The notes beneath the pieces were generated by a model. It was not told where the DNA came from, did not search any database, and saw only the letters and a list, made by a program, of their open reading frames with translations. The position numbers and the translations under genes were made by a program. From an uncultured Clostridia bacterium (GTDB lineage: Bacteria; Bacillota; Clostridia; Christensenellales; CAG-314): 58,425 bases of DNA. Within the stretch, counting starts at the first letter, position 1; each line of letters opens with the position of its first letter. Shown here piece by piece: positions 34,523 to 47,900 of the stretch. The stretch spans positions 1 to 58,425 of the forward strand of contig CAKRAM010000100.1 of the NCBI GenBank assembly GCA_934294965.1, given 5' to 3'.

Positions 34523-35992
34523 TTATTTGGAGTGAATAATATGCCAAGCAGCAAATTTGCCCATGGATGCGGCCGTCGGCAAACCGCCGGCACTCATAAG
34601 CCACTGGTTTGCCATATACACGTTTTTCAGTCCCTTGATTTTGTCGGAAATCATTCCGCGGGTTGCCTTTGTGGTTTCCATAAAACTCATAAACGCGCCC
34701 TTGTACGCATGGCTGCGGCGAGCATACGTTGCAGGCGTCCACACGTCCAACACGCTGATTTTGCCCTGCAAATTGGGATAACGCTCGACAACTTTTTGCA
34801 TGGCTACCTGCGCCGTTTGCGCCTTAACACGCTTATATTCGGCGTCGTTCTTGCGCAAATTTATCCAATAATCGAAGTCCTCCTCGGTTTGGATGATATT
34901 GGACTGCAACACGCATTTGCCCTGCGGTGCAAAGGACGGATCGTAGTCGTAGGACTGCAGCGGCAAGGACGTTATCTTGCGCGTGCCGACGGTGAAGGGC
35001 GAACAGTCTATGGAGCGAGTTCCTTCAAGTTCGCCAAAAACGCCGTCCACGGCATACGCAACGTGAAAACCGCTGTTGACTGGAAATCCTTTGGGATTTT
35101 TGTACAATTTTGCAAGCGATTTGGGCATATATTTTTGGGGCAAAAGGTTGCCAAATGTGAAACTTGGATCGCACGCACAAACGACGACGTCGGCGGCGAC
35201 AAATTCTCCGCTATCAGTCAAAACTCCTTTGGCAAGCGACTTATCCAGCACCACCACCTTAACAGGGGTGTTCAAGCGCAAATTGCCGCCATATTTTACA
35301 AACGTATCGGCTATGCGCCGTGCCATTGCCAGCGAGCCGCCCAGAGGAATATCGCCGTTTCCTGCCGTAACCGTGGCGTAGGAAACCAAAAACGCACTGA
35401 CCAAATAGCCGTCAGGAAGATAGTGAGTGAACACTTTGCCTATAAGCGGATGCTTGAAACGCGCTGCCAAATCGGTGACGTTCATTTTGCGATATCTGCC
35501 CAGCGCTTTGGCCGTGGGCGAAAGCGATTTTAGCACCGACATCATTTCCCTTAGGCTCATGGCGTCGATAGGTTTAACGGGGACATCCATTGTTTCAGCC
35601 AAAGCAACGCTATCGATAAACTTGTTGATTTCCGCCTCGTCCTCAGGAGAAAGCGCAATCATGTCCCTGCGAGTGCGCTCCTTATCCCGCCACAAGGTGA
35701 TCGTTTGTCCGTCCTGCTCCACGCTGCAAAACATTTCCTTGCGGTACATCGGGATGTCGTCGCCGAGCGCGCCGATTTGCCGCCAAAGTTCGTTCATCGC
35801 AGTGCCGTCTTTTGTACCCGTGAGCCAATGTATGCAATTGTCGATTACGTAGCCGTTGCGCGTCCAACTGCTGCACATGCCGCCTACAACCGAGTTATTT
35901 TCCAATATAGTTACGTCGAAACCTGCTTTTGCAAGCAAGGTCGCAGCCGTTAGTCCGGCTATCCCCGCACCGATTACGACAACTTTTTTCAT
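34523..35992 (-). CDS. FAD-dependent oxidoreductase, phytoene desaturase (CrtI)/amine-oxidase-like
   Basis: MKKVVVIGAGIAGLTAATLLAKAGFDVTILENNSVVGG dinucleotide-binding motif. About 489 aa. Start trimmed to the ATG at 35992. Confidence 0.8.
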   Translation of the reverse strand: MKKVVVIGAGIAGLTAATLLAKAGFDVTILENNSVVGGMCSSWTRNGYVIDNCIHWLTGTKDGTAMNELWRQIGALGDDIPMYRKEMFCSVEQDGQTITLWRDKERTRRDMIALSPEDEAEINKFIDSVALAETMDVPVKPIDAMSLREMMSVLKSLSPTAKALGRYRKMNVTDLAARFKHPLIGKVFTHYLPDGYLVSAFLVSYATVTAGNGDIPLGGSLAMARRIADTFVKYGGNLRLNTPVKVVVLDKSLAKGVLTDSGEFVAADVVVCACDPSFTFGNLLPQKYMPKSLAKLYKNPKGFPVNSGFHVAYAVDGVFGELEGTRSIDCSPFTVGTRKITSLPLQSYDYDPSFAPQGKCVLQSNIIQTEEDFDYWINLRKNDAEYKRVKAQTAQVAMQKVVERYPNLQGKISVLDVWTPATYARRSHAYKGAFMSFMETTKATRGMISDKIKGLKNVYMANQWLMSAGGLPTAASMGKFAAWHIIHSK

Positions 35993-36124
35993 ACACACCC
36001 CTTTTGTTGACTTGTTTTGACAAGTGCCGCGGTGAAATTGCACTCATTGCCAAGCACCGCTAACCTCCACAAACCGCAAAAAACTTATCCACGGCATACT
36101 AGCATATTTTGCCCGCCGTGTCAA

Positions 36125-36164
36125 CAAACAAAACAAAAGCCCCTTGCATAAGCAAAGGGCTTTT
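36125..36164 (-). terminator. intrinsic terminator after tuf
   Basis: On the minus strand: AAAAGCCCTTTGC / GCAAGGGGCTTTT stem followed by a T-rich run. Confidence 0.8.
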
Positions 36165-36185
36165 GAAATTGCTAGTTCACAAAAA

Positions 36186-37397
36186 CTACTTAATGATCTT
36201 GGAAACAACGCCTGAACCAACGGTGTGACCGCCTTCACGAATAGCGAAACGAAGACCTTCTTCCATAGCGATGGGGGTGATCAATTCCACTTTGATGTGA
36301 GTGTGGTCGCCGGGCATAACCATTTCCACACCGGGATCAAGTTCGATAGAACCGGTAACGTCGGTGGTACGGAAATAGAATTGAGGACGATATCCCTTGA
36401 AGAACGGGCTGTGACGTCCGCCTTCTTCCTTGGTCAAAACGTAAACTTGACCTTCGAATTCGCGGTGAGGAGTAACACTCTTCGGCTTAGCGATAACTTG
36501 TCCACGTTCAACTTCTTTGCGGTCTACACCACGAAGAAGAAGACCAACGTTGTCGCCTGCGAAAGCTTCGTCAAGAAGTTTGCGGAACATTTCTACGCCG
36601 GTAACAACAGACGTTTTGATTTCGTCTTTCAAACCAACGATTTCTACGGGGTCGGAAGGTTTAACAGAACCACGTTCAACACGGCCGGTAGCAACGGTAC
36701 CACGACCGGTGATGGTGAATACGTCTTCTACGGGCATCAAGAACGGTTTATCCGTGTCACGTGCGGGAGTGGGGATGTATTCGTCAACGGCATCCATAAG
36801 GTCCAAAATGGGCTTAAAAACGGGATCGTCGATGTTGTGGTTGCCGCTTTGGTAAGCGTCCATAGCAGCTTTTGCGGAACCTTTGATGATAGGAAGTTCG
36901 TCGCCGGGGAAGTCGTACTTGGAAAGGAGTTCTCTGATTTCCATTTCTACGAGTTCAAGCAATTCTTCATCGTCAACAAGGTCGGTTTTGTTCATGAACA
37001 CTACGATGTAGGGCACGCCAACCTGACGAGCAAGAAGGATGTGTTCGCGAGTTTGCGGCATGGGACCGTCAGCTGCGGAAACAACCAAGATAGCGCCGTC
37101 CATTTGTGCGGCACCGGTGATCATGTTTTTAACGTAGTCGGCGTGGCCGGGGCAGTCAACGTGAGCGTAGTGACGCTTGTCGGTTTCGTATTCTACGTGT
37201 GCGGTGTTAATTGTAATACCACGAGCTCTTTCTTCGGGAGCTTTGTCGATTTGGTCATAAGCCATAACTTGTGCGTCGTTTTTCATAGCCATAACCATAG
37301 TAATAGCAGCTGTCAACGTGGTCTTGCCGTGGTCTACGTGACCGATGGTGCCGATGTTGACGTGCGGTTTACTTCTGTCAAATTTCGCTTTTGCCAT
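36186..37397 (-). CDS. tuf: elongation factor Tu
   Basis: [33 protein letters not shown]... Confidence 0.98.
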   Translation of the reverse strand: MAKAKFDRSKPHVNIGTIGHVDHGKTTLTAAITMVMAMKNDAQVMAYDQIDKAPEERARGITINTAHVEYETDKRHYAHVDCPGHADYVKNMITGAAQMDGAILVVSAADGPMPQTREHILLARQVGVPYIVVFMNKTDLVDDEELLELVEMEIRELLSKYDFPGDELPIIKGSAKAAMDAYQSGNHNIDDPVFKPILDLMDAVDEYIPTPARDTDKPFLMPVEDVFTITGRGTVATGRVERGSVKPSDPVEIVGLKDEIKTSVVTGVEMFRKLLDEAFAGDNVGLLLRGVDRKEVERGQVIAKPKSVTPHREFEGQVYVLTKEEGGRHSPFFKGYRPQFYFRTTDVTGSIELDPGVEMVMPGDHTHIKVELITPIAMEEGLRFAIREGGHTVGSGVVSKIIK

Positions 37398-37511
37398 TGT
37401 TGTGATTCCTCCTAATTGATGTTATGAAAACATAAAATTATTTGTTTTGATAAGATTATATCTTATATTTTGTTTTTGGTCTACACTTTTTAGAAAAGTT
37501 TTACCAAAAAA

Positions 37512-39611
37512 CTATTTAGATTGAGTATCTTTTGTTATCTTTTCGCGAATTGCCTTAGGCACTTCGGCAAAGTGATCGAATTGCATCGTGTAGTTACCCC
37601 TGCCCTGTGTACGGCTACGCAAGTCGGTTGCATATCCGAACATTTCCGCAAGAGGAATAAACGCGTTTACAACTTGAACACCGTTACGCATTTCGATACC
37701 GGACACGTTGCCGCGACGGCTGGAAACGTTACCCATAACGTCGCCCAAATATTCTTCGGGCATGGTAATTTCTACCTTCATCATAGGTTCGAGCAAAACG
37801 GGATCGGCTTTTGCGGCTGCGTTTTTGAACGCCAACGAACCGGCGATTTTGAATGCCATTTCGCTGCTGTCCACGGGGTGGAAACTTCCGTCGTAAACGG
37901 TAACTTTGAAGTCCACCATTTCGTAACCTGCCAAAGGACCGGTTTTTGCCGCTTCCTGAATACCGTTGTTGATAGGTTGAATGTATTCCTTGGGAATACT
38001 TCCGCCGACGGTTGCATCGACAAATTCGTAGCCCTTGCCGGGTTCTTGAGGTTCCATGCGGATTTTACAATGACCGTATTGACCTTTACCGCCCGATTGA
38101 CGAACGTATTTGCCTTCGGCTTCGACCGACTTACGAATAGTTTCGCGGTAGCTGACTTGCGGTTGACCTACGTTTGCTTCCACTTTGAACTCGCGAAGCA
38201 ATCTGTCCACGATGATTTCCAAGTGAAGTTCGCCCATACCGGCAATGATGGTTTGTCCCGTTTCTTGGTCGGTGTAGGTTTTGAACGTGGGATCTTCCTC
38301 GGCAAGTTTGATGAGCGCAAGCGTCATCTTTTCCTGTCCTGCCTTGGTTTTGGGTTCGATTGCAACCTTGATAACCGGTTCGGGGAACACCATGCTGTCC
38401 AAAACGATGGGCTCCTTTTCCGAGCAAAGCGTGTCGCCCGTCGTGGTGTCTTTCAAACCAACCAACGCAACAATTTCGCCTGCGTAGGTTTCTTCGATTT
38501 CCTCACGTTGAGCGGCGTGCATTTGCAACACCTTGGTAACTCTTTCGCGCTTGCCTTTTGTGGAGTTATACACGTAACTGCCGGCTTGAAGTTTGCCGCT
38601 ATACACGCGAACGTAAGCAAGTTTGCCTACGAACGGGTCGGCAACGATTTTGAACGCCAAACCGCAGAACGGTTCGTCATCGTCGGTTTTGCGAACGATT
38701 TTTACGTTTTCGTCGTGTACGTCAAAGCCTACAACGTGGTCGATATCCACGGGGCTGGGCAAGTAGTCGCAAATTGCGTCGAGCAATTTTTGAATGCCCT
38801 TGTTTTTGTATGCCGTTCCGCACAAAACGGGGTTAACTTTAAGTTCGATAACCGCCTTGCGGAGTGCCTTTTTGATTTCGTCTACGGACAAATCCCCTTC
38901 TTCGAAGAATTTTTCCATCAAAGCGTCGTCGGTACCCGCAACAAATTCCACAAGTTCTTCGTGTGCTTTGTTAACTTCGTCCACCATGTCGGCAGGAACG
39001 TCGATTTCGTCGATTTTGATACCGGTAGGATCGTTGTACTCGTAGGCTTTTTTTGTGATTACGTCCACCAAGCCTCGGAAGTTTTCTTCCTTGCCGATGG
39101 GCACTTGAATGGGCATTGCGTTGGCTTTAAGACGTTCGCGCATCATTTTTACAACGTTGTAGAAATTTGCACCGTTTATATCCATCTTGTTGACGAATGC
39201 GATACGAGGAACGTTGTATTTGGACGCTTGGTGCCAAACGGTTTCGCTTTGCGGTTCAACACCGCCCTTTGCGCAAAATACCGCAACGGCTCCGTCCAAA
39301 ACGCGCAAACTGCGTTCAACTTCGACGGTAAAGTCTACGTGGCCCGGAGTATCGATAAGGTTGATACGATAGTCAACGTTGTCGTAATGATTGATCCAGT
39401 GAACGGTGGTTGCCGCGCTGGCGATCGTTATGCCGCGTTCTTGTTCTTGCGCCATGCTGTCCATAACGGCAGTGCCGTCGTGGGTTTCGCCGATTTTACG
39501 CGTCTTGCCCGAAAAGAACAAAATTCTTTCGCTGGTTGTTGTTTTGCCTGCATCGATGTGCGCCATAATACCGATATTGCGTACGTTTTGCAGCGGATAA
39601 ATTCTTGCCAT
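37512..39611 (-). CDS. fusA: elongation factor G
   Basis: [21 protein letters not shown]... 699 aa. Confidence 0.98.
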   Translation of the reverse strand: MARIYPLQNVRNIGIMAHIDAGKTTTSERILFFSGKTRKIGETHDGTAVMDSMAQEQERGITIASAATTVHWINHYDNVDYRINLIDTPGHVDFTVEVERSLRVLDGAVAVFCAKGGVEPQSETVWHQASKYNVPRIAFVNKMDINGANFYNVVKMMRERLKANAMPIQVPIGKEENFRGLVDVITKKAYEYNDPTGIKIDEIDVPADMVDEVNKAHEELVEFVAGTDDALMEKFFEEGDLSVDEIKKALRKAVIELKVNPVLCGTAYKNKGIQKLLDAICDYLPSPVDIDHVVGFDVHDENVKIVRKTDDDEPFCGLAFKIVADPFVGKLAYVRVYSGKLQAGSYVYNSTKGKRERVTKVLQMHAAQREEIEETYAGEIVALVGLKDTTTGDTLCSEKEPIVLDSMVFPEPVIKVAIEPKTKAGQEKMTLALIKLAEEDPTFKTYTDQETGQTIIAGMGELHLEIIVDRLLREFKVEANVGQPQVSYRETIRKSVEAEGKYVRQSGGKGQYGHCKIRMEPQEPGKGYEFVDATVGGSIPKEYIQPINNGIQEAAKTGPLAGYEMVDFKVTVYDGSFHPVDSSEMAFKIAGSLAFKNAAAKADPVLLEPMMKVEITMPEEYLGDVMGNVSSRRGNVSGIEMRNGVQVVNAFIPLAEMFGYATDLRSRTQGRGNYTMQFDHFAEVPKAIREKITKDTQSK

Positions 39612-39632
39612 ATACCGAAAACTCCCGAAATA

Positions 39633-40103
39633 TTACCATCTGAAATGCGCAAAAGCCTTGTTTGCTTCGGCTGCTCTGTGCATTTCCTCCTTTCTTTTGA
39701 AAGCGTTACCTTGTTCGTTATAAGCGTCCAAAAGTTCGCCTGCCAAACGTTGATACATGTTTCTTTCGCTGCGTTTACGAGCAAATAGAACAAGCCAACG
39801 AATTGCCAATGTTTGACGTCTTTCGGGTCTTACTTCCATGGGTACTTGATAGTTGGAGCCGCCTACGCGTCTTGCCTTACATTCCAACATGGGCATAAGA
39901 TTGCTGATTGCTTTGTTAAATACTTCCATCGGGTCTTGACCGGTCTTTGCGGCGATTTCGTCAAATGCGCCGTAAACGATTTCTTGTGCCGTACCCTTTT
40001 TGCCGTCCAGCATAACTTGGTTGATGACCTTGGTCACAACTTTGCTGCCATACACCGGATCCGGCAATACGTCCCTCTTGGGGACACCACTTCTTCTAGG
40101 CAT
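39633..40103 (-). CDS. rpsG: 30S ribosomal protein S7
   Basis: [20 protein letters not shown]... AAGGAGG upstream of the ATG at 40103. Confidence 0.97.
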   Translation of the reverse strand: MPRRSGVPKRDVLPDPVYGSKVVTKVINQVMLDGKKGTAQEIVYGAFDEIAAKTGQDPMEVFNKAISNLMPMLECKARRVGGSNYQVPMEVRPERRQTLAIRWLVLFARKRSERNMYQRLAGELLDAYNEQGNAFKRKEEMHRAAEANKAFAHFRW

Positions 40104-40293
40104 AAGTGTTTTTCCTCCTTTTAAGATTTTTGAAAATTTTGTTTTTACCAAATACAGCCAACTCGACGCGCCAATGACGCGGAGAAACTTCTGCGACGAC
40201 TTGCAAAAATTGCAACGCATACTGCTTACTCGGCGAAAGTCAAAATTTCTCATCCGACTATTCACCAATTGAACTGTAATCTCATCCTAACGG

Positions 40294-40668
40294 TTATTTT
40301 TTAGGACGTTTTGCACCGTACTTGGAACGGGCTTGTCTGCGGTTTGCAACACCGGAAGTATCCAACGTACCACGAATGATGTGATAACGAACACCGGGCA
40401 AATCACGAACTCTGCCGCCGCGAATCAACACGACGCTGTGCTCTTGAAGGTTGTGACCTTCGCCCGGGATATATACCGTTGCTTCGGCACCGTTCGTACG
40501 ACGAACACGGGCAATTTTACGAAGAGCAGAGTTAGGCTTTTTGGGGGACGTGGTAGTAACGTTCAAGCAAACACCGCGCTTTTGAGGACAACTGTCCAGA
40601 AGGGGAGTTTTACTCTTAGAAAACTTATCGCGTCTTCCTTGCTTAATCAATTGGTTGATTGTTGCCAT
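40294..40668 (-). CDS. rpsL: 30S ribosomal protein S12
   Basis: [15 protein letters not shown] ... [15 protein letters not shown] upstream of the ATG at 40668. Confidence 0.97.
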   Translation of the reverse strand: MATINQLIKQGRRDKFSKSKTPLLDSCPQKRGVCLNVTTTSPKKPNSALRKIARVRRTNGAEATVYIPGEGHNLQEHSVVLIRGGRVRDLPGVRYHIIRGTLDTSGVANRRQARSKYGAKRPKK

Positions 40669-40816
40669 TTTTTTACCTCCTTTCAATAGTGAATGTCGGA
40701 ACTCGCAAGGAGTTCTATATATACTCGCATTTCTGCGGATATATCGCTTAATAAATCGTAAGTATTGCCATAACAGCGGTTGACAAAACCTCGATTTTGA
40801 TTTTTGGGCGACCGAA

Positions 40817-41056
40817 CTACTTATTTAGCACGCCGACTGCGCCCGAAGGCACGTCGATGCCGTAGCTCTCGGCAATCTCCGCCATGGTTCCGCGCATCAA
40901 ATAGTTTACGGAATATTCTATTGCCGCAGATACCAGCAAGTTTACGTATTCCGCCTCGGCGTCTACGGCAATGATGATTTCTTCCACGTTGCCGTTTTTC
41001 AATTCCTTGAGGATTTGTTTTTTACCTATTACTACCGGATGATTTTGCGTTTCCAT
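40817..41056 (-). CDS. ybxF: L7Ae-family K-turn binding protein (YbxF-like)
   Basis: 79 aa. Its position between rpoC and rpsL matches Bacillus ybxF. IIIAVDAE...LMRGTMAEI... is an L7Ae-like pattern. Confidence 0.75.
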   Translation of the reverse strand: METQNHPVVIGKKQILKELKNGNVEEIIIAVDAEAEYVNLLVSAAIEYSVNYLMRGTMAEIAESYGIDVPSGAVGVLNK

Positions 41057-41161
41057 AAGTCACCAACGTATATTTTACCAAAACGAAGCAAAGCAGTCAA
41101 GCGTTTTGCTAACAAAACGTTGCCTGACTGCTTTGTATAATCTATTTAGTTAGTTTTGCGC

Positions 41162-44100
41162 TTACTCTTCCGTTTCGAATCCGTCCTCTTGAACGTCATC
41201 CGACTCGTCTTTGTTTTGCACTACGGGAACAAGTTCCATTTCTCTGTACTGTTGAAGTCCGGTACCGGCGGAGATCATCTTGCCGATGATAACGTTTTCC
41301 TTCAAGCCGTACAGCGGGTCGCTCTTGTTCTTTATTGCCGCTTCGGTAAGAACTCTGGAAGTTTCTTGGAAGGATGCTGCCGACAAGAAACTGTCGGTTG
41401 CCAAACTTGCCTTGGTGATACCCAGCAAAATTCTCTTTGCAGAAGCGGGTACGCCGTCGTTTTCCAAAGTCTTGTTGTTTTCGGCTTCGAACTTGAAAAT
41501 ATCCACAACTTCGCCCGGAAGCATTTCCGTGTCGCCTGCGTCTTCGATACGAACTTTGCGAAGCATTTGACGAACGATAACTTCCACGTGCTTGTCGTTG
41601 ATTTCTACACCGTTTGTGCGGTAAGTTGCCTGAACTTCCTTAACCAAGTACTCTTCTACCGCGCGGAGTCCCTTTGTTGCAAGCAAGTCTTGCGGGAAAA
41701 TGGAGCCTTCTGTAAGCGGAGTGCCGGGTTCGACCATATCGCCGTCATGAACCTTTACACGGGAAGTGTACGGGATAACGTAGTCGGTAACTTTGCCGTT
41801 TGTATCGGTAACTTGGACGATTTTCTTTTCGGTGTTTTGAGGAATGGATACTCTGCCGTTAACTTCGCAGATGGTTGCACATCCCTTGGGTTTGCGTGCT
41901 TCAAACAATTCTTCTACACGCGGCAAACCTTGTGTGATGTCGTCGCTGGTTGCAACGCCGCCGGTGTGGAAGGTACGCATCGTGAGCTGTGTGCCGGGTT
42001 CACCGATGGATTGAGCCGCAATTACGCCGACCGCTTCGCCCAAGTTGACGGGTTTGCCCGTTGCCATGTTGGAGCCGTAACACTTGCAGCAAACGCCGTG
42101 TTCGCTGCGGCACGTGAGGACGGTTCTCATGTACAACTTGTTGATACCGGCTTTAACGATTTCGGCTGCGATGTCGTCATTGATCATCGTGTCGCCGTGG
42201 CAAATAAGTTCGCCCGTTTGCGGATTAACCACATCGTCGATAACGTACTTACCGATGATACGGTCTTCGAATTTTTCGATAATTTCGTCCTTGCCCGAAC
42301 CGCGGAAGGCTTCTATCCACATACCTTGCGGTCTGCTGCCTGCCGAACAGTCTTCTTCGCGAACGATAACGTTTTGAGCGACGTCGACCAAACGACGGGT
42401 AAGATATCCTGAGTCGGCGGTTTTAAGCGCCGTGTCGGCAAGACCTTTACGTCCGCCGTGCGAGGAAATGAAGTATTCCAAAACGGACAAACCTTCACGG
42501 AAGCATGCCTTAACGGGCAACTCGATTGTACGACCGGAAGGATCGCTCATAAGTCCGCGCATACCGCACAACTGACGAATCTGGTTCATGCTACCACGGG
42601 CGCTGGAGTCCGCCATCATCCAAATGGGGTTGTCCTCTTCCATTACGTACTTAACCAAGTTTTCCACGCGTCCTGCGGCAGCCTTCCAAACTTCGATAAC
42701 AGCCTTGTAGCGTTCGTTGTCGGTAAGCAAACCTTCTTCAAAGTTGTTTTCGATTGCGATAACTTGCTTTTCGGCTTCGTGCAAGATGGTTTGCTTTTCC
42801 GAAGGAATGTTCATATCGAACACGCTTGTGGTAAGTCCGCTGATTGTGGAGTACTTGTAGCCGAGAGCCTTTACGTTGTCCAACATGAGGGCCGTGGGGC
42901 TGGTACCGCGCAACTTGAAGCATTTTTCCACGATTTTGGAAAGTTGCTTTTTGCCGATAAGATGCTTTTGAGGATCGCGAACCATATCTTGCGTAAGGGC
43001 AAGGTTGATGCCCAACGTGTGGCGCTCTTCCTTTTTCTTGGCGACGATTTCCGGATCGACGATAAGTTCGTCTTCCTTTTCCACCGACGCTTCGGCATAG
43101 TCGTAGTGAATTGCCGAGCAGAAAATGGTTCTGCCGACGGTTGTCCAAATTTTGGAGCCGTCGCTTTGCTTGATGTTAACGACGGTGTGCCAAGTGATGT
43201 CGTGAGCGACGTACGCTTCGGACGCTTCGTTGAAACTGCTGTAATAGTGACCGCCGCGCAAAATTGCGATTTCTTCGTCGGTCAAAGCGCGTTGTTTGCG
43301 AACGTTGTCGTACAAATCCATACGTTTACAAATTTCTTCCACGTCGCCGCGAACGGTTGTGAGGTAGTAGCAACCCAAAACCATGTCCTGCGTGGGAGAG
43401 ATAACCGGCTTGCCGTCGGAAAGTTTCAAAATGTTGTTGGCGGCAAGCATAAGGTATCTGGCTTCGGTTTGCGCTTCGATACTCAAAGGTACGTGAACTG
43501 CCATTTGGTCGCCGTCGAAGTCGGCGTTGAATGCCGTACAAGCAAGCGGGTGCAGCTTGATTGCTCTACCCTCGATAAGCACAGGTTCGAATGCCTGAAT
43601 GGACAGTCTGTGCAACGTAGGCGCACGGTTAAGCATAACGGGATGGTCTTTGATGACTTCTTCCAAAATGTCCCAAACCTTTGCGTCGGCGCGTTCCACG
43701 CGCTTTTTGGCGGATTTTACGTTGTGGCACTGATTGGTTTCCACAAGTTTTTTCATTATGAACGGCTTGAACAATTCCAATGCCATTTCCTTTGGGATAC
43801 CGCATTGGTGAAGTTTAAGCTCTGGACCTACGACGATAACCGAACGACCGGAGTAGTCGACACGTTTACCCAAAAGGTTTTGACGGAAACGACCTTGCTT
43901 GCCGCGGAGCAATCCGGAAAGAGATTTGAGTTCGCGGTTGCCTGCGCCTGTTTGAGGACGCTTGCTGCGGCTGTTATCCAGAAGGCTGTCGACGGCGTCT
44001 TGCAACATACGTTTTTCGTTGTTGATCAAGATTTCCGGAGCGTTGATTTCGATAAGTTTCTTCAAGCGATTGTTACGATTGATAACTCTGCGGTACAAAT

Positions 44101-44944
44101 CGTTAAGGTCGCTGGTTGCGTATCTGCCGCCGTCCAAAGGAACCATTGCGCGCAATTCGGGAGGAAGCACGGGCAACACGGTCAAAATCATCCACTCGGG
44201 ACGATTGCCGCTCTTGCGGAAGGCTTCGACGATGTCCAAACGCTTGATTGCGCGAACCTTTTTTGCGCCTTGCGTCGTTTTTGCAAGAATATCGCGCAAT
44301 TCCTTGGCTTCGGCTTCCAAGTCGATGTTTTGCAACAATTCGCGCACCGCTTCGGCACCGGTTCCGGCGCGGAAGTCCAAGGACGGATCTTCCTTTGCCT
44401 TTGCCTGCGCTTCGCGATATTCGCTCATGCTCAAAATTTGCTTATATTGCATTCCGCTGAGTTTGGGATCGATTACCACGTAGCTTTGGAAGTTGATAAG
44501 TTGTTCCAAATACTTGGGCGACATATCCAAAATAAGTCCCATTCTGGACGGAGTGCCTCTGAAATACCAAATGTGCGAAACGGGAGCGGCAAGTTCGATG
44601 TGCCCCATGCGTTCGCGACGCACCTTGGATTTTGTAACTTTAACGCCGCACTTTTCGCAAACGACGCCTTTGTATCTTATTCTTTTATACTTTCCGCAGT
44701 GGCATTCCCAGTCCTTGACGGGCCCGAAAATTCTTTCGCAAAACAGACCGTCTTTTTCCGGCTTTTGCGTGCGGTAGTTGATTGTCTCGGATTTTTTAAC
44801 TTCGCCGTACGACCACTCGCGAATCTTTTCAGGAGAGGCAATGCCGATTTGAATGGAAGCAAAATCGTTCATTATGCCCGTCCTTGCCAAAGTGTTGGAA
44901 CGCAACGTCGATATAGATTGTCCTGTTAAAATTTGTTCACTCAT
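41162..44944 (-). CDS. rpoC: DNA-directed RNA polymerase subunit beta'
   Basis: [12 protein letters not shown] catalytic motif. 1260 aa. GGGAGG lies 8 nt upstream of the ATG at 44944, giving about 24 aa ahead of the usual N-terminus. Confidence 0.98.
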   Translation of the reverse strand: MSEQILTGQSISTLRSNTLARTGIMNDFASIQIGIASPEKIREWSYGEVKKSETINYRTQKPEKDGLFCERIFGPVKDWECHCGKYKRIRYKGVVCEKCGVKVTKSKVRRERMGHIELAAPVSHIWYFRGTPSRMGLILDMSPKYLEQLINFQSYVVIDPKLSGMQYKQILSMSEYREAQAKAKEDPSLDFRAGTGAEAVRELLQNIDLEAEAKELRDILAKTTQGAKKVRAIKRLDIVEAFRKSGNRPEWMILTVLPVLPPELRAMVPLDGGRYATSDLNDLYRRVINRNNRLKKLIEINAPEILINNEKRMLQDAVDSLLDNSRSKRPQTGAGNRELKSLSGLLRGKQGRFRQNLLGKRVDYSGRSVIVVGPELKLHQCGIPKEMALELFKPFIMKKLVETNQCHNVKSAKKRVERADAKVWDILEEVIKDHPVMLNRAPTLHRLSIQAFEPVLIEGRAIKLHPLACTAFNADFDGDQMAVHVPLSIEAQTEARYLMLAANNILKLSDGKPVISPTQDMVLGCYYLTTVRGDVEEICKRMDLYDNVRKQRALTDEEIAILRGGHYYSSFNEASEAYVAHDITWHTVVNIKQSDGSKIWTTVGRTIFCSAIHYDYAEASVEKEDELIVDPEIVAKKKEERHTLGINLALTQDMVRDPQKHLIGKKQLSKIVEKCFKLRGTSPTALMLDNVKALGYKYSTISGLTTSVFDMNIPSEKQTILHEAEKQVIAIENNFEEGLLTDNERYKAVIEVWKAAAGRVENLVKYVMEEDNPIWMMADSSARGSMNQIRQLCGMRGLMSDPSGRTIELPVKACFREGLSVLEYFISSHGGRKGLADTALKTADSGYLTRRLVDVAQNVIVREEDCSAGSRPQGMWIEAFRGSGKDEIIEKFEDRIIGKYVIDDVVNPQTGELICHGDTMINDDIAAEIVKAGINKLYMRTVLTCRSEHGVCCKCYGSNMATGKPVNLGEAVGVIAAQSIGEPGTQLTMRTFHTGGVATSDDITQGLPRVEELFEARKPKGCATICEVNGRVSIPQNTEKKIVQVTDTNGKVTDYVIPYTSRVKVHDGDMVEPGTPLTEGSIFPQDLLATKGLRAVEEYLVKEVQATYRTNGVEINDKHVEVIVRQMLRKVRIEDAGDTEMLPGEVVDIFKFEAENNKTLENDGVPASAKRILLGITKASLATDSFLSAASFQETSRVLTEAAIKNKSDPLYGLKENVIIGKMISAGTGLQQYREMELVPVVQNKDESDDVQEDGFETEE

Positions 44945-44961
44945 TTACGTTACCTCCCTTA

Positions 44962-47900
44962 TTATTCTTCGTCGTCGCCGTCTTCGTCATCTTCGTCGGA
45001 GTCGTCAAACAAATCCAAATCGTCTTCATCGTCGGTTTCCAACGCGCCAAGCAAACTGTCTAGACCGCCTTGATCCAAGTTTTCTTCGTCGGCGGGAGCG
45101 TTTTTGCCGTCCTCGTCCGAACCGAACAAAGAGGACATCGCGTCGTTTTCGTCGTTTTCGAACAAGCTGTCCAAACTAAAGTCGTCGTCATCGTCGGTAA
45201 ACTTGGAGCCTTCGTCGCCTTCGTGCAGGGTAATTTCGTCCTCTTCGGACAAGCCGTGCATTTGACGTCTGCGTTCTTCTTGTTCGGCAAGCATAATTTC
45301 GTTGTAGTCGGATTCGTCGTCGATGCTGTCGCGAACGATGATTTCTTCGTTGTCGGCAGAAAGAACTTTAACGTCCAAAGCCAAAGATTGAAGTTCCTTG
45401 ATAAGAACCTTGAACGATTCCGGAATACCGGGATCGGGGATGTTTTCGCCTTTGACGATTGCTTCGTAAGTTTTGACACGTCCCACCACGTCGTCGGATT
45501 TGACCGTCAAAATTTCCTGCAAAACGTTGGCTGCACCGTATGCCTCCAATGCCCAAACTTCCATTTCGCCGAAACGTTGTCCGCCGCATTGCGCCTTGCC
45601 GCCCAAAGGTTGTTGAGTAACCAAACTGTACGGACCGGTGCTTCTTGCGTGAATCTTGTCGTCGACCAAGTGAATAAGTTTGAGGTAGTACATGTAGCCT
45701 ACGGTTACACGGTTTTCAAACGGTTCGCCGGTACGTCCGTCGTACAGTTGAACTTTACCGTCCACTTTGCCCGTCTTGGGGTTAACCATTCCGTTTTCTT
45801 CGAACAACTTGCGGATTTCCGCTTCGCTTGCGCCGTCGAATACGGGAGTTGCGATTTTCCAGCCGAGCATTTTGGAGATAAGTCCCAAGTGAACTTCCAA
45901 AACCTGACCGATGTTCATACGAGAAGGTACGCCCAACGGATTAAGCACTATTTGAAGCGGCGTTCCGTCTTCCATAAACGGCATATCTTCTTCCGGAAGG
46001 ATACGAGAAACGACGCCCTTGTTACCGTGACGTCCCGCCATCTTGTCGCCGACGGAGATTTTACGTTTTTGCGCGATGTATACACGAACGAGTTTGCTTA
46101 CACCGGGATCGAGTTCGTCTTTGTTTTCGCGAGTGAACACTTTTACGTCCACCACGATGCCGCCTTCGCCATTGGGTACGCGCAAAGAGGTATCGCGCAC
46201 TTCGCGAGCCTTTTCCGAGAAGATTGCGCGCAGCAAGCGTTCTTCCGGAGTGAGGTCTGTTTCCCCCTTGGGGGTAACTTTACCTACCAAAATGTCGCCG
46301 GGACGAACTTCCGCGCCGATACGAACAATACCGCTTTCATCCAGATCTTTCAAAGCGTCGTCGCCGACGTTTGGAATATCTCTGGTAAATTCTTCCGGTC
46401 CGAGTTTGGTTTCACGGCATTCGATTTCGTGTTCTTCGATGTGAACCGAAGTGAACAGGTCTTCCTTCACCAAACGTTCGGAAAGCAGTACGGCGTCTTC
46501 GTAGTTGTAACCTTCCCAAGTCATAAAGCCGATAAGGATGTTACGACCGAGTGCAAGTTCGCCGCCGTCGGTGGAAGGACCGTCCGCAAGAACTTGTCCC
46601 TTTTCCACGCGATCGCCCTTCTTGACGATGACCTTTTGGTTTACGCAGGTTCCTTGGTTGGAACGAACGAATTTTTTAAGGTCGTACATGGAAAGCGATC
46701 CGTTGTCGTTTTGAACGATAATTTTGTTATCCGACGCTTTTAGCACTATGCCGCTTTCCTTGGAAAGAATCATAACGCCGCTGTCGTGAGCGATTTTCGC
46801 TTCGATACCGGTTGCAACGATGGGCGCTTCCGGGCTGATAAGAGGGACTGCCTGACGTTGCATGTTGGAGCCCATCAACGCACGGTTGGTATCGTCGTTT
46901 TCCAAGAACGGAATAAGACTGGTTGCGACCGAAATAAGTTGACGAGGACTTACGTCCACATAGTCCACTTTTTCGCGAGGGAATTCCAAAATGTCGTCCT
47001 TGCGACGGCAGGTTACACGCTCGTGAGCAAAGTAGCCGTGTTCGTCCAAAGGTTCGTTGGCTTGTCCGATGATGTATTTATCTTCTTCGTCGGCGGAAAG
47101 GTACTCGATTGCGTCGGTGACCGTGTTGTGGATTTTATCCACGCGGCGATAAGGCGCTTCGATGAAACCGTACTCGTTTATGCGAGCGTAGCCGGCAAGA
47201 GAGGTGATAAGACCTATGTTTTGACCTTCGGGCGTTTCTATCGGGCACATTCTGCCGTAGTGAGTGTAGTGAACGTCGCGGACTTCGAAGGTTGCGCGTT
47301 CTCTGTTCAAACCACCGGGGCCCAATGCCGAAAGTTTACGTTTGTGAGTCAATTCTGCAATTGGGTTGCTTTGGTCCATAAATTGCGACAATTGACTGGA
47401 ACCGAAAAATTCCTTTATTGCCGAAGATACGGGACGAACGTTGATGAGCGATTGCGGAGTAGCCTTGCCCGGCTCTTGAATTGCCATACGTTCGCGAATG
47501 ACGCGTTCCAAACGAGAGATACCGATACGGAATTGGTTTTGGAGCAATTCCCCTACCGAGCGAACGCGACGGTTGCCCAAGTGGTCGATATCGTCCGACG
47601 TGCCGATGCCGTACTTCAAACCGAGGTTGTAGCTTACGGTTGCTATGATATCTTCACGGGTGATGTGTTTGGAAATAAGGTCGTCGCGACGAGCGCGAAG
47701 CATTTCCGCGGTGTCTTCGACGGAAAGTCCCGCGGACAAAATTTCGTCCAATACGCTAACGTCCACTGCCTCGTATAATCCGCACGCCTTAAAGTCGATT
47801 GCGCCGAAACGCTTGTCTTTGGTCAATGCGTAAATGCGAGCGTCCACGGTGTTGTTGCCTATAACCTTTACGGCGGGGCATTGTTTTGCCAAAACGATTA

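Noticed and set aside
42458-44929. 823-aa plus-strand ORF. Similar long antisense ORFs occur at 37521..39788, 45070..46743, 41156..42412, 36225..37415, 46786..47778 and 47881..48795.
   Set aside because: All lie exactly antisense to rpoC, fusA, rpoB and tuf, whose identities are certain. Their translations are low-complexity (F/V/R/C/H-rich) with no motifs and no SD. Long stop-free antisense frames are a known by-product of strong codon bias in highly expressed genes.
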